Positions 23,201 to 35,256 of a stretch of DNA of 64,000 nt are shown in pieces; positions within the stretch are counted from its first letter, which is position 1, and each line of letters starts with the position of its first letter. This DNA comes from Bilabrum cf. latius (taxonomy: Eukaryota): NCBI GenBank assembly GCA_965178125.1, contig OZ237736.1, forward strand, positions 186,001-250,000, written 5' to 3'. The notes beneath the pieces are model-generated. The model worked only from the letters and a program-made list of their open reading frames with translations. It made no database searches and was not told the origin of the DNA. A program made the translations under genes and the position numbers.

Positions 23201-24937
23201 CCTGTAGTCCAGATTCACACCAGTCCTCTCGATCGCGGCATACACAGCCCGGGCCAGCTCCTGCTCCTGCGGTGTGAGTCTCTTCTCATCCTCCTCCGCC
23301 AAATTCATGCGGGCGGGATCCAGTGCCTCCCTGAGGCGCTACACGCTGGCTGCATCCATGCCGCGATCCTGCAACACATCCAGGAAGGTGCGTGCAGGCG
23401 CAGGGCCAGAGCCAGCAGCAGCGGCGCCAGACGTACCATCGCCAGGGCTCGATACAACGTATTTGTGGTTCACCAGCGTTCGAACATTCCGATCCACATT
23501 CTAGGCAATCCCAAAATGCCGGGCTAGTGGCTTCACCACGTCCTCCAACTGCTCCTTGTCCTGATGCATGCTGATTCTGCCGTCCGATGAGCCCACGCGC
23601 AGAGTCGTCTCACGGACCGAGGCATCGAATGCAGCCTCAAATGCCCCAGCATCCGGATCCCGCCCATCGTGTTGCTCCCGGTACAAGGCCCGGAATGCAG
23701 CCTCATTCCATGCCATACAGCCCCGCACATCCACGCGAGCAAAAGCCTGCACGCGAAGCACGTACCAGCCACCACCAGACACATCCACTCGCACATCCAC
23801 GCACTCTAGCAGAGGCGTCGACACGTGCACGCTGTCCATCGCATGCACCCAACGACTCGCCGCCGCCTCCCGCTTCGCCGCCTTGGCCGCCATGCGCGTG
23901 CTGCCGTAGATGCCCAGGTGGTCGAATGCGAACTTCAGGAACAGACCCAGGCCCTCATGCACTGCCTTGATGCCCCCGGCCATGCCCCCCGCATCGATGA
24001 ACTTGAGACCCAGGGCCTCCTCGATCTTGGCCTTGTCCCCATCGGTGAAGCCCACGGGGTCCAGCAACCTGTCCCCGCGCCTCCATTTCATCTCCACCTC
24101 GGGGAAGCCCTCCAGCGCCTTGCGCACGTCCTGCCTGAAGAGCACACCGATGCGGTCTAGCTTTCGCTTGCGGTCCTGCTGCTCGTGCGGCCACAGGGCC
24201 ACGGTGCGCTTGGCGGCCTCGAATGCGGGCTGTCGGCCTCGGGGGCTGGTAGCCTTGTCGTCATCATCATCGTTCCCATCATCACATGGTACGTCTAAGC
24301 TTTGTCCGTCCCGTGCCGTGCCAGCATCAGCTGCCCCGCTGTACACGGAACTGATGCCTGAAGCACCAGTGGATGCCCCTGCATACCGGGCTGGGGAGGG
24401 CGCGGGATCGTCTGCCCCTGCACCCGATGCAGCAGGGGACTAGTTGGATGTAACTGCGTCTTCAATACCAGGGCCTCGATCAGTGGTCCGACCTGATGTG
24501 GGCTCGGGGCTGCTGGCCTTCGTGGGCTCGGCGGGATCGTATTGGTGGGGTAGGTCAGCGGCGGTAGTAGATTCGCCGAGAGTTGCATTACTCTATGCAG
24601 TCGATACACGTGCGTCTGCATCGCATGTAACGACGAGATTCGCCTCAATGGAAGCAGTGTTCGACCCTGATGCTGTGTCAGGAGACGGATCCGTAGCATT
24701 CTCTTGCACCGCAGCCTCGCCATTCCCAGTGGCTTTTGGCTCATCAGAACGCTCGTAATTTTGCACTACATCAGCTTCGGCTACGGTCGCGGGTTGGCTT
24801 CCGTCAACTGTGACCTGCTAGTCGCAGAGGCCAGCAGCGTTTTCTTCACCCAAGTCTTGACTTCTTTCGCTGGGGCCTGTAGCGCCTCTCGCAGCACTAG
24901 CTGGCTCATACGGAGAGCCTTTGCTTGGATCACTCAT
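20243..24937 (-). CDS. Clu-domain / TPR-repeat protein, paralogue A (11 x 42-aa TPR; 1564 aa)
   Basis: One frame from ATG 24937 to TGA 20243 with about 16 TAGs. Clu-like motifs GGMAGGIK..FLKFAFDHLGIYGS..AAKAAKRE, VGSSDGR, PFDVEVH..VVLDTHRL and VMHSFGLGLRHV, followed by kinesin-light-chain-type TPRs. Confidence 0.8.
20455..21830 (-). repeat. 126-nt coding tandem repeat x11 (TPR array)
   Basis: The AMELYEQCRQI motif recurs every 126 nt. Confidence 0.95.
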
Positions 24938-25378
24938 ACTAGCAGACGAAGTGTCGGCGATTTGTGAACCGGGAATCTGAGCCCACGGCGCCAGACCAGA
25001 AAAGAACAGTAAAGGTTGGGCAGATCTCGTGGGCGAGGATCTGAATGATTGTAGCTGGGCACTCAAGACAACGGCAAAATACACGAATACACGTATGGAC
25101 TTCTGCAGAAATCTGACACTAATCGGCCAGCCGTAGAAGGCAGAGCTGCACTGCGTGCGGAAAGGGGCGCCCCACCCAAATGGACGGAACCGCAACTAAT
25201 GCCCCTTGCGCGGCGCCAAATCTGGTTTAAATTTTACGTCGCAAAGGTTTACAATCCCGGCCTCATTCGACAAGCACAGACCCTGCCCCACGACCCCCTT
25301 GGTCTCTCCCCCCACCGCGCCACACCTGGGACCCATGACATGCACAAGATCGCCGTTGGTCGACTGCCGCCATCCCAC

Positions 25379-28151
25379 TCACAGACCCTGCGCGCCACCA
25401 CTCCCAGCCCCAGCCCCCGCCCCAGCCAGCCCCGACACCCACACACGCAGCCCCCCGCCATCGTCCCCCGTCGCCGCGAACCTCTCCTCCGCATCCACGT
25501 CGGCTGCCACCACCGGCCGCACGTGACCCGCCAGCCGCGCCATCACCGCACCGGCCGCCGACCTCGCGTGTGGGTCCACCACCGCCGCCTCCCCCGACTC
25601 GGACCCCACCAGGGCGCAGTCGCAGTGCTGCAGGAGAGCCACGCAGCCGTGGGGCGGGGCCAGCACTGGGTCCCTGGGGATCAGCGAGGGCCGCACCAGC
25701 AGGCTAGGGGCCAGCAGCCTCCCGTTCTCACGGGGATCCGCCCACCTCGCCAGCTGGGGCACACTCGCGGGCTTGCCGGCCACCACAGCGGAGGACAACA
25801 GCCCACCACCTGCAGCCGCCGCCGCAGCCGCCCTCGCGTGCAGATCCCCAGGCAGCAGCAGCAGCCTCACCACTCCCGCAGAGTCCAGCGCAGCCAGGCA
25901 CGGTCGCCTGGCGAGGCTGTCGTAGGGCCGGTACGCCAGCTCCAGCACGTACCTGCCTCCTGCCAGCGGCACGTCATCCGTGGCAGCAGGCAGCCCATTG
26001 CCGCCGGTCCTGCTCCTCCTCCCCACATTCCCAGAGGCGCCCATGGACCGACCCCCGTGGCTGCCAGACGAGGCACGGGAGGTGGCCCGCGCCCTGGCAC
26101 CCATGGGAGACACGACGGCACCAGCACCAGCACCAGCACCAGCACCAGCACCAGCACCAGCACCAGCACCAGCACCAGCACCAGCACCGGCACCGGCACC
26201 AGCGCCGCTCCTGGCCCCGCCCACGTGCCTCCCATGCGCAGACGAGCCCGAGGCAGACCCCCGAGAGCTCGACAGCACGGACCCCGCATCCGTCCCGATA
26301 GTGGCCGGGTCACCGTCCTCCCCCCACGTGTACTGCCTGCAGCTCTGGCCCGCCGACTCGAGCTCCAGTGCACCGCTGCTGCCAGTGCCCAGGCTACTCA
26401 CACCAACACCAACACCAACACCAACACCAACACCACCGTTTTGATCACCGCCCCCGATGCTGGCAGCGTCCTCTGCCACGGTCTCGATCGAGCCGCCCGC
26501 GCCTCCTCCTGCTCCTCCTGCCTGAGCACCCCTGCTGCCCCCGCCTCTGCTCACACGCGCCAGCACCCTCACGCCCACCAGGGGCCTCCCCGTCTTGGCC
26601 AGCCGCTGCATGGACCGCTCCAGCAGCAGGGCGGCGATTCTGCCCCGGAGAGTGCCCGCGAACACGGCCAGGCCAGACGGGTCGGCGCACAGGGCCGTCA
26701 CTGGCGAGCCAAGCGCGACCGTCTGCGTGGTCCTGCCGGTCGCCATGGACACCACTGACACCAGCCCACGAGGATACGAATCACCACCACCGGCACCGGC
26801 AGGGGGCAGCGCGCCGGCACCAGCACCTATCATAGCCCCCGCCTGCAGACCCGGCCCCACACCCACGCCGCGCCGCCCGTCCGCCGTGCCCACGCCTTCC
26901 GATCCACCGGTGGATGTGCCGGACCCTCCCCCGAACATCGACCGGAATGACCCCAGGAAGCCCGGCCTGCTGCTGCTGCTGCTGCCACCAGCAGCACCCC
27001 CATCCTCATCTCCATCGTCACCCACGCCCCCGTCCCCGCGCCCACCGGCAGGTCCGTAGGCCCCTGCCAGCGACTCGCCAGGCCTCGACGACCGCGCCAG
27101 CACCACCATGCCGGGCAAGCCAGCCAGGAACAGACCGTGCGTCACGGGACTAGCACACGGAGAACAGCGCGCGCCACACTCACACGGAGCTCGGGACCAG
27201 CCCCGCGTGATCCCGCGGAACCACCACCACCACCACCACCACCACCACCACCACCACCACCACCACCACCACCACCACCACCACCACCACCACCACCACC
27301 ACCACCACCACCACCACCACCACCACCACCACCACCACCACCACCACCACCACCACCACCGGTCGTCCACTGCACCCTCCACAGCACCACGGTCTGGTCC
27401 GTGCTGCACGTCAGCAGGAACGTCCCGTCCGTGCTCCAGCACAGCCCCGACACCGCCCTGGCGTGTGCCCTGGCGCTGGGCAAGCCGGCGTCAAGCGGCG
27501 AGCGGGCGGCTGACTTGCCGTCCTGATCCGATCCCGGTCCACCGGTGGATGCCTGCCTCTTCCGCCTGTCTTCCTGCTGCTTGCGCATGACAGCCTGCCA
27601 CTTGGGCAGCGGGCCCGTACCGCTGTGCCCTGCACCCGACTCAACACCGCCTGATGCCGAGCCGGCAGAACTCGACCCGGATGCCGCACTACCATGCCCT
27701 GCACTGTGGCTTTCGTCTGCGGCCGAGTCCAGACGGGCTAGCGTCTCCACCGTCGCGCCTCCCCGGCTGGACTCCCGGAAGATCCCGCAGACGGCCACTT
27801 TCCCGTCCTCTGTCCCGTAGGCGAACAGGCTCTGGATACTGGCCTGGCCATCGGCAGTGATCGATGATCCAGAGGCATTTTCTGGGCCTTCAGCACCTGC
27901 ACTCTGACCTTCACCACTCCTCGTGACAGCCCGCCTGCCCCAGCTGTCTCTCCCTGGCAAAGCAGTGGGAGGGGCAAACTTCAGGCAGGTCCCGCCGTGC
28001 ATCTGCGTGACAGGCACCCAGGTGGGCAGCACCGGCATGGGGGCCGAGCCCATTCCGATTCTGATTCCGATTCCGGATCCTGTGCCGCCGCCGCCCACGG
28101 AGGAGCCTCGAGGCCGGGTGCTGCCCCGATCAGATCCGGCCCCCTGCTGCC
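25379..28151 (-). pseudogene. 5'-truncated, frameshifted copy of the WDR13-like gene (copy 1)
   Basis: Matches 45111-47696 but lacks the first ~360 codons. At ~27161-27167 it has AGAACAG where the intact copy has AATCA (+2 nt), giving a TGA at 27142. Confidence 0.8.
27221..27360. repeat. (CCA)n/(GGT)n microsatellite, 140 nt (about 47 Gly codons)
   Basis: Pure trinucleotide tract; only 20 nt long in the intact copy (46891-46910). Confidence 0.95.
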
Positions 28152-28181
28152 AATTACTCTCTGCTAGTGTGATGTTGCCCC

Positions 28182-28739
28182 GCTGCCCCGTCCATCTACA
28201 GGCAGTCCGGCGAGGACTACTAGGAGCGTGTCCTGCCCTCCAACATCAACGTGGTGCTCAAGGCCACCGTGGCGCAGTTCGATGCCGTGCAGCTGCTCAC
28301 CCAGCGCGACCGCGTGTCCCGCCGCATCCGCGAGACGCTCGAGGAGCGCGCCAAGGAATTCAACCTCATGCTGGACGACGTGTCCATCACCCACCTTGCC
28401 TTCGGCAGAGAGTTCACCCGCGCCATCGAGCACAAGCAGGTGGCCCAGCAGGACGCCGAGCGCTCCAAGTTCGTGGTCATGCAGGCCGAGCAGGAGAAGA
28501 AGGCAGCCGTGATCCAGGCAGAGGGCGAGGCCGAGGCAGCGCGCCTCATCTCCGACTCGCTGGCCAAGCACGGTGACGCGGTCATCGACGTGAAGAGGAT
28601 CGAGGCATCAAAGGAGATCGCGGCCACGCTGTCCCAGTCCCCCAACGTGGTGTACCTGCCCGGCTCAAGCGGTGGTGGCGCGGCCAGTGGCGAGGGCAGC
28701 GGGTCTCCGTCTCTGCTGCTGAGCGTGGGACGCAGGTGA
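28182..28739 (+). pseudogene. 5'-truncated prohibitin fragment (copy 2)
   Basis: Starts in mid exon 2 after ~30 nt of junction filler, with no promoter or N-terminus. Substitutions hit conserved sites (SIINEV>SNINVV, DAEQ>DAVQ). Confidence 0.85.
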
Positions 28740-29147
28740 GCAGGTGCTGCATTCCATGGATCATGGCCCTCTTTGGGGTCTTGTCGGATAGATTTGGTTT
28801 GGCGTGCACAGGAATCTGTGGTGTGTGACACAGCGACAGGACAAATTTTGAGATTCAATGGTTGACTATTACTTCATGTGAATCGACCCAGAGCACAGGA
28901 GCCAACTACCCCAGGTGCAACTTCAAGATCCGGATTCCGGATGGAATCAGCCTATTCTACAGGGATCACGCCGCACTGCCAACTCTATGAGCCTCAGCCA
29001 GCCCTGACGATCACACAGGATCTTTCGAACCTGATACCGGGTGCAAGTACGAGCGTCCTGCATCTGCCGCATCCACCCGATCCGAATCTGCTGGACCGAA
29101 TGAACCTCCTGGGATCCTTACGAGTTATCCTGCGATCACGCACCCCC

Positions 29148-32100
29148 TCACATGGCCCCGCCCATCCTGTCCATGTACTTCTGGGCCTCCTCCATCCTGC
29201 CCTCATCCACCAGCAGCCCCACCACCTCCTACATTATGTCCCTGTACTCATGGCTCTACTTGCCCTTCTACAGCGACAGGGCCTCCTCTAGCTGGATCAG
29301 CACTTCAATAGTACGGGATCGAGGAATAGTTGAGGCCCGGCATGTATGCAGCATATTTTTCAATACAGTGACATGGTTGGGATGCTGCTTGCCCAGCGCG
29401 GTCTCGAAGATCTGCCTGCATTGCTCATACAGCTCCATGGCCTCGCTGGACCGGCCCTGGGACTCCAAACACCCAGCCATGTTGTTCAGCGTGGTGGCGT
29501 ATGAGGGATGCTGCTTGCCCAGCGCGGTCATGCGGATCTGCCTGCATTGCTCATACAGCTCCATGGCCTCGCTGTACTGGCCCTGGGACTCCAGACACCC
29601 AGCCATGTTGTTCAGCGTGGTGGCGTATGAGGGATGCTGCTTGCCCAGCGCGGTCTCGAAGATCTGCCTACATTGCTCCAGCAGCCCCATGGCCTCGCTG
29701 GACCGGCCCTAGGGCCTGAGACACCCAGCCATGTTGCCTAGCGTGGTGGCATACTCGGGATGCTGCTTGCCCAGCGCGGTCTCGCGGATCTGCCTGCATT
29801 GCTCATACAGCTCCATGGCCTCGCTGTACCGGCCCTAGGATCTGAGACATCCAGCCATGTTGCCCAGCGTGCTGGCATATGAGGGATGCTGCTTGCCCAG
29901 CCCGGTCTCCTGGATCTGCCTGCATTGCTCATACAGCTCCATGGCCTCGCTGTACTGGCCCTGGGACTCCAGACACGCAGCCATGTTGTTCAGCGTTCTG
30001 GCGTACTCGGGATGCTGCTTGCCCAGCGCGGTCTCGCGGATCCGCCTGCATTGCTCCAGCAGCTCCATGGCCTCGCTGTACTGGCCCTGGGACTCCAGAC
30101 ACCCAGCCATGTTGTTCAGCGTGGTGGCATACTCGGGATGCTGCTTGCCCAGCGCGGTCTCCTGGATCTGCCTGCATTGCTCATACAGCTCCATGGCCTT
30201 GCTGGACTGGCCCTAGGACCTGAGACACTGAGCCATGTTGTTCAGCGTGGTGGCGTATGAGGGATGCTGCTTGCCTAGCGCGGTCTCCTCGATCTGCCTG
30301 CATTGCTCATACAACTCCATGGCCTCGCTGTACTGGCCCTGGGAGTACAAACATGCAGCCATGTTGCCCAGCGTGCTGGCATATGAGGGATGCTGCTTGC
30401 CCAGCGCGGTCTCCTTCATCTGCCTGCATTGCTCATACAGCTCCATGGCCTCACTGTACTGGCCCTGGGACTCCAGACACGCAGCCATGTTGTTCAGCGT
30501 GGTGGCGTACTCGGGATGCTGCTTGCCTAGCGCGGTCTCGCGGATCTGCCTGCATTGCTCATACAGCTCCATGGCATCGCTGTACTGGCCCTGGGAGTAT
30601 AAACATGCAGCCATGTTGTTCAGCGTGGTGGCGTACTCGGGATGCTGCTTGCCCAGCGCGGTCTCGCGGATCTGCCTGCATTGCTCATACAGCTCCATGG
30701 CCTCGCTGTACTGGCCCTGGGAGTACAAACATGCAGCCATATTGTTCAGCGTGCTGGCATATGAGGGATGCTGGTTGCCCAGCGCGGTCTCGAAGATCTG
30801 CCTGCATTGCTCATACAACTCCATGGCCTCGCTGTACTGGCCCTGGGACTCTAGACACTGAGCCATGTTGTTCAGCGTGGTGGCGTACTCGGGATGCTGC
30901 TTGCCTAGCGCGGTCTCGCGGATCTGCCTGGATTGCTCATACAGCTCCATGGCCTCGCTGGACCGGCCCTGGGATCTGAGACATTCAGCCGTGTTGTTCA
31001 GCGTGCTGGCGTACTCGGGATGCTGCTTGCCCAGCGCGGTCTCGCGGATCTGCCTGGATTGCTCATACAGCTCCATGGCCTCGCTGTACTGGCCCTGGGA
31101 TCTGAGACACGCAGCCATATTATGCAGCGTGGTGGCGTACTCGGGATGCTGCTTGCCCAGCGCGGTCTCGCGGATCTGCCTGGATTGCTCATACAGCTCC
31201 ATGGCCTCGCTGTACTGACCTTGGGAAATGAAATTGCTAGCCAATTTGAATAAAGCCAACGCAAGCACTGTTGAAGCTTTGCTCGATTCGCCGTTGGCAG
31301 CGTCTATTGCTTTGCTACCGCATTCAAGTGATAAGCAAGCAATGCCTACATATCCAAGCCCGGCAGATCGTGCAGATACCCCGCGAAGCGCTTCCTGAAC
31401 GCCACTCACATCTGCACCTCCGACCCGCTGCATGTGCGCTAGCTCTGTAACAACTGCAATCGCGCCCTCAGATGGCTTGCTGCGGTGGACGCCACCGGCA
31501 GCAGCAAGATCCGTGCCTACACATGAGTCAGACGAGATCACCAACCGGCCCATATCCTGTCCAGCACGAGTGGTCCAGTACAAGTGTGAAGTTCCTGAAT
31601 CTACCACACCAGCTCGAGCAAAATACTACGCAACGTCTGCAAAGCCTCGAAACATACTCTTGACTCGAGCGCTACAGTGACATGTCTCCAATGCATCCCG
31701 GTCGGAAGGGAGCTACGGCCTACAGCTGCATCCCACAGCTAGTATCGCCTGCGATGATTCCAGGTCACCCTTCATCTGATTCGCAAGCAGACGCACATGC
31801 CTCAGCCCCAGCCCAAACGAATGCATCACACGCTTCAGTACACCACGATGCACCTCGAAATCATCCAGTACATCCACATCCACAGTGCGACACACCTCCA
31901 GCGCCAGCTCATCACGGTACCGATCCACAACCTCAGCACGAGCCTTCGCATACAGCTTCCCGATGCACTCTCGAGCTCGTGATCTACCCCCTGCATCCCC
32001 TGCCATGATCAGGTCAGGACTCAGGCCCTCGAATGCATCCTCGCCCTCCAGCTCACGCAGCCGATGCGCGGCCTCAGGAGGCAGCAGGCACGTCATGGCC

Positions 32101-34583
32101 ACGTTGCCGGAGTAGTACCACCGGGGACATGATACGATCGCCACCATGACCACCTGCCCGCTGCCGTCCTTGGCACTGGCACTGACACAGCCCGTATCCA
32201 AATGGTGCTGCATGTCACTGGGTTGGAAGCGGATGCTAGACAAGCCATCGGTGTAGTCGTCGCTCCAACGCTGCAGGGCACCTGACAGGTGAGAGAGCGA
32301 CAACACTTTCGATGTTCTATCTTCGTCCCGGATGATGCATAATGAGTCCAGCTGACCATGATACGTAGCAGGATCAATACTGCGATCAGCAGAAGCCGCG
32401 CAAGTCGTATCGATCGCCCACACCCGCGGTTTGGCCTCATCCGACTCCATCCAGTCCATCCACACCACATCTGGAATCAGCAGACGGTGCGTGTCCAGCA
32501 CCACCCGCTGCCCGCTGGCAAGCTGGTGCACCTCCACGTCGAATGGAAGATGCATGTTGACCTTCACACCGTGCACCTGCTCGCAAACGTGCTCCACATC
32601 AGGCAGTGGCTTCCTGTAGTCCAGATTCACACCCGTCCTCACGATCGCATGATACACAGCCCGGGCCAGCCCCTGTTCCTGTGGTGTGAGTCTCTTCTTC
32701 TCGTCTTCCGTCAGTCGCATGCGGGCGGGATCCAGTGCCGCCCTGAGACGCTGCACGCTGTCGTCATGCATGCCTCGATCCTGCAGCACATCCAGGAAGG
32801 TGCGTGCAGGCGCAGGGCCAGAGCCAGCCGCAGCGGCGTCTGAGGTAACATCTAAAGGTGTAAATGCAACGTATTTGTGGTTCACCAGCGTTCGAACATT
32901 GCGATCCACATACTTCGCGATCCCGAAGTGCCGGGCCAGTGGCTTCACCACGTCCTCCAGCTGCTCATTGTCCCGATGCATGCTGGTTCTGCCGTCCGAT
33001 GAGCCCACGCGCATAGTCGTCTCACCGACCGAGGCATCGAATGCAGCCTCAAATGCTCCAGCATCCGGCTCCCGCCCATCGTGCTGCTCTTGATACGATA
33101 CCCGGAATGCAGCATCATTCCATGCCATGCAACCCCGCACATCCACGCGAGCAAACGCCTGCACGCGAATCACATACCAGCCACCACCTGCCACATCCAC
33201 TCGCACATCCACGCACTCTAGCAGAGGCGTCGACACGTGCACGCTGTCCATCGCATGCACCCAACGACTCGCCGCCGCCTCCCGCTTCGCCGCCTTGGCC
33301 GCCATGCGCGTGCTGCCGTAGAAGCCCAGGTGGTCGAATGCGAACTTCAGAAACAGACCCAGGCCCTCATGTACTGCCTTGATGCCCCCGGCCATGCCCC
33401 CCGCATCGATGAACTTGAGACCCAGGTCCTCCTCGATCTGGGCCTTGTCCCCATCGGTGAAGCCCACGGGGTCCAGCGACCTGTCCCCGTGCCTCCATTT
33501 CATCTCCACCTCGGGGAAGCCCTCTAAAGCTTTGCGCACGTCCTGCCTGAAGAGCACACCGATGCGGTCTAGCTTTCGCTTGCGGTCCTGCTGCTCGTGC
33601 GGCCACAGGGCCACGGTGCGCTTGGCGGCCTCGAAGGCGGGCTGTCTGCCTCGGGGGCTGGGAGCCTCGTCGTCATCGCCATTTTCGTCCTTTCCTACGG
33701 CGAGTTCTCCAGATGCCGAGCCAGCATCGGCCGTCCCGCTTATTGTGTTGATCCTTTCTGCAGCCCCCGCCGATGCCCCTGAGTACCGGGATGCAGGTGG
33801 CACGTGATCGTCTGCACCTGCACCAGATGCAGCAGGAGGATCACGGGGAGAAGCAGGGGAGCCCGAGGCCGCCCCACTGCTTCCATGTCCGGTTGGGTTA
33901 ACATTGCCTGCTGCAGCCTCGATGCTTGAGCTAATAGCGATTGTATCGTCTGTAGAATCAGCGGATCCTGCATGGCTTGCATCCCGTGCTGCAGTGGGTT
34001 GCACTCGACTCACATCACTCGTGAAGCCAAACGATGGATGTGCAGGTGGCGGCGAGACCTGCGTGGCCTCGCCGACACCTGCTGCTCCATCGGCCGCGCT
34101 TTGCCCACTTCCATCATCGTGATCTCGAGACAGCTCCCCTCGAGATGCAGTTGTCCCTCTGCCACCACCATGTCGAGCCGGCCCGTAGACACGAAGAGGG
34201 TCACCTGGGCCCGGCCTGCCGGTTGCTCTTCCATACGGATTGGTGCCACCCCTGCTGGTCGATATTTCTGGGACTGTCCCCGCTTGCAGTGATGGCCGTC
34301 GTGGCACCGAGGGGCTTGGTCCCACGCTTGAGGCTGCAGAGCGAGGGGTCGATCCGCGGGACACAGTCGCTCCTTGGTCCCTGCTAGCCACCCCAGCTGG
34401 CCCAAGCTCATCAGATGCACCTTCGATGGCAGATCCAGGGCCAAGTGCCACACCTGAGGCATCCTTTTTTTGTTGCGGGTATCCTTGGATTCGTGTAGCT
34501 GGTTCACTCCGAGACGATGCTTCAGCGGAGCTCGATGAGCCTTCCGTCTAGGCATGGTCCAAACCTTGGCTGGAGGACGCCAT
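29148..34583 (-). CDS. Clu-domain / TPR-repeat protein, paralogue B (15 x 42-aa TPR; 1811 aa)
   Basis: One frame from ATG 34583 to TGA 29148 with about 7 TAGs. Same Clu motifs as paralogue A but a different low-complexity N-terminus. Confidence 0.8.
29360..31240 (-). repeat. 126-nt coding tandem repeat x15 (TPR array)
   Basis: 126-nt periodicity. Confidence 0.95.
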
Positions 34584-35256
34584 TGTGCTTTCTTATATTA
34601 TTATACCCTATCACACCTATGTTTACTCTATCAAGCCCACTATCAGCTATAGAGGGTCCAAATTTGCTTACTTGCTCTCAGCTTAGTTCCGATCTTTGCC
34701 TGACAGCTAGACACGAAGCTATTGAGCCACCCAGGGTGATGCTTGGTTCGTTCACTTTGTCAACGTGGGATCTGTAGAGATGATCTGGCCAAACCAAGCT
34801 TCAGGGGCAGAAAAACCAGGCTGCGGCTAGTCCTTTCTGCGGTTCTCAGCAAGTTGAGAGTGATCTGGTTAGATCTGTGCATCTGACTGGGCACAAGGGA
34901 TCGAGGGCACGCTCAATATATGCTTCATCGATGGTACGAGTACTCGAGAATGTAGCAATGCTCACTTTCTGGGGCTAGGCGGTATGAAACGGAATTGTCC
35001 AGTCGATCGGATGGATTCATGAAATTTGAGTTGCAACCACCGGCGCAAGAAAATGTTGGTTACAACCGGTCGATCGTGTGGGAGTCTAGAGGGGGAACCT
35101 GCAGCCGTCTGCGCGTATTTGATAAGACATACAATCCCGGCCTCATGCGACAAGCTCAAATCATGCACCATGACCCCTTTGATCTCTCCCCCACACCGCA
35201 CCTGGGACCCATGACATGCACAAGATCGCCATTGGCCTCTACTGCCGCCATCCCAC

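Noticed and set aside
27221-27360. Interstitial telomeric repeat
   Set aside because: It is a pure trinucleotide tract at the position of a short poly-Gly codon run in the intact gene.
27108-27590. Poly-His, poly-Pro, poly-Trp and poly-Val ORFs (also at ~36935-37444)
   Set aside because: These are alternative-frame readings of the (CCA)n tract; the intact paralogue shows the Gly frame is the real one.
27923-28739. Functional chimeric gene from antisense WD40 sequence fused to the prohibitin fragment
   Set aside because: No in-frame ATG or promoter is evident, the 217-aa ORF is out of frame with prohibitin, and the fragment has damaging substitutions.
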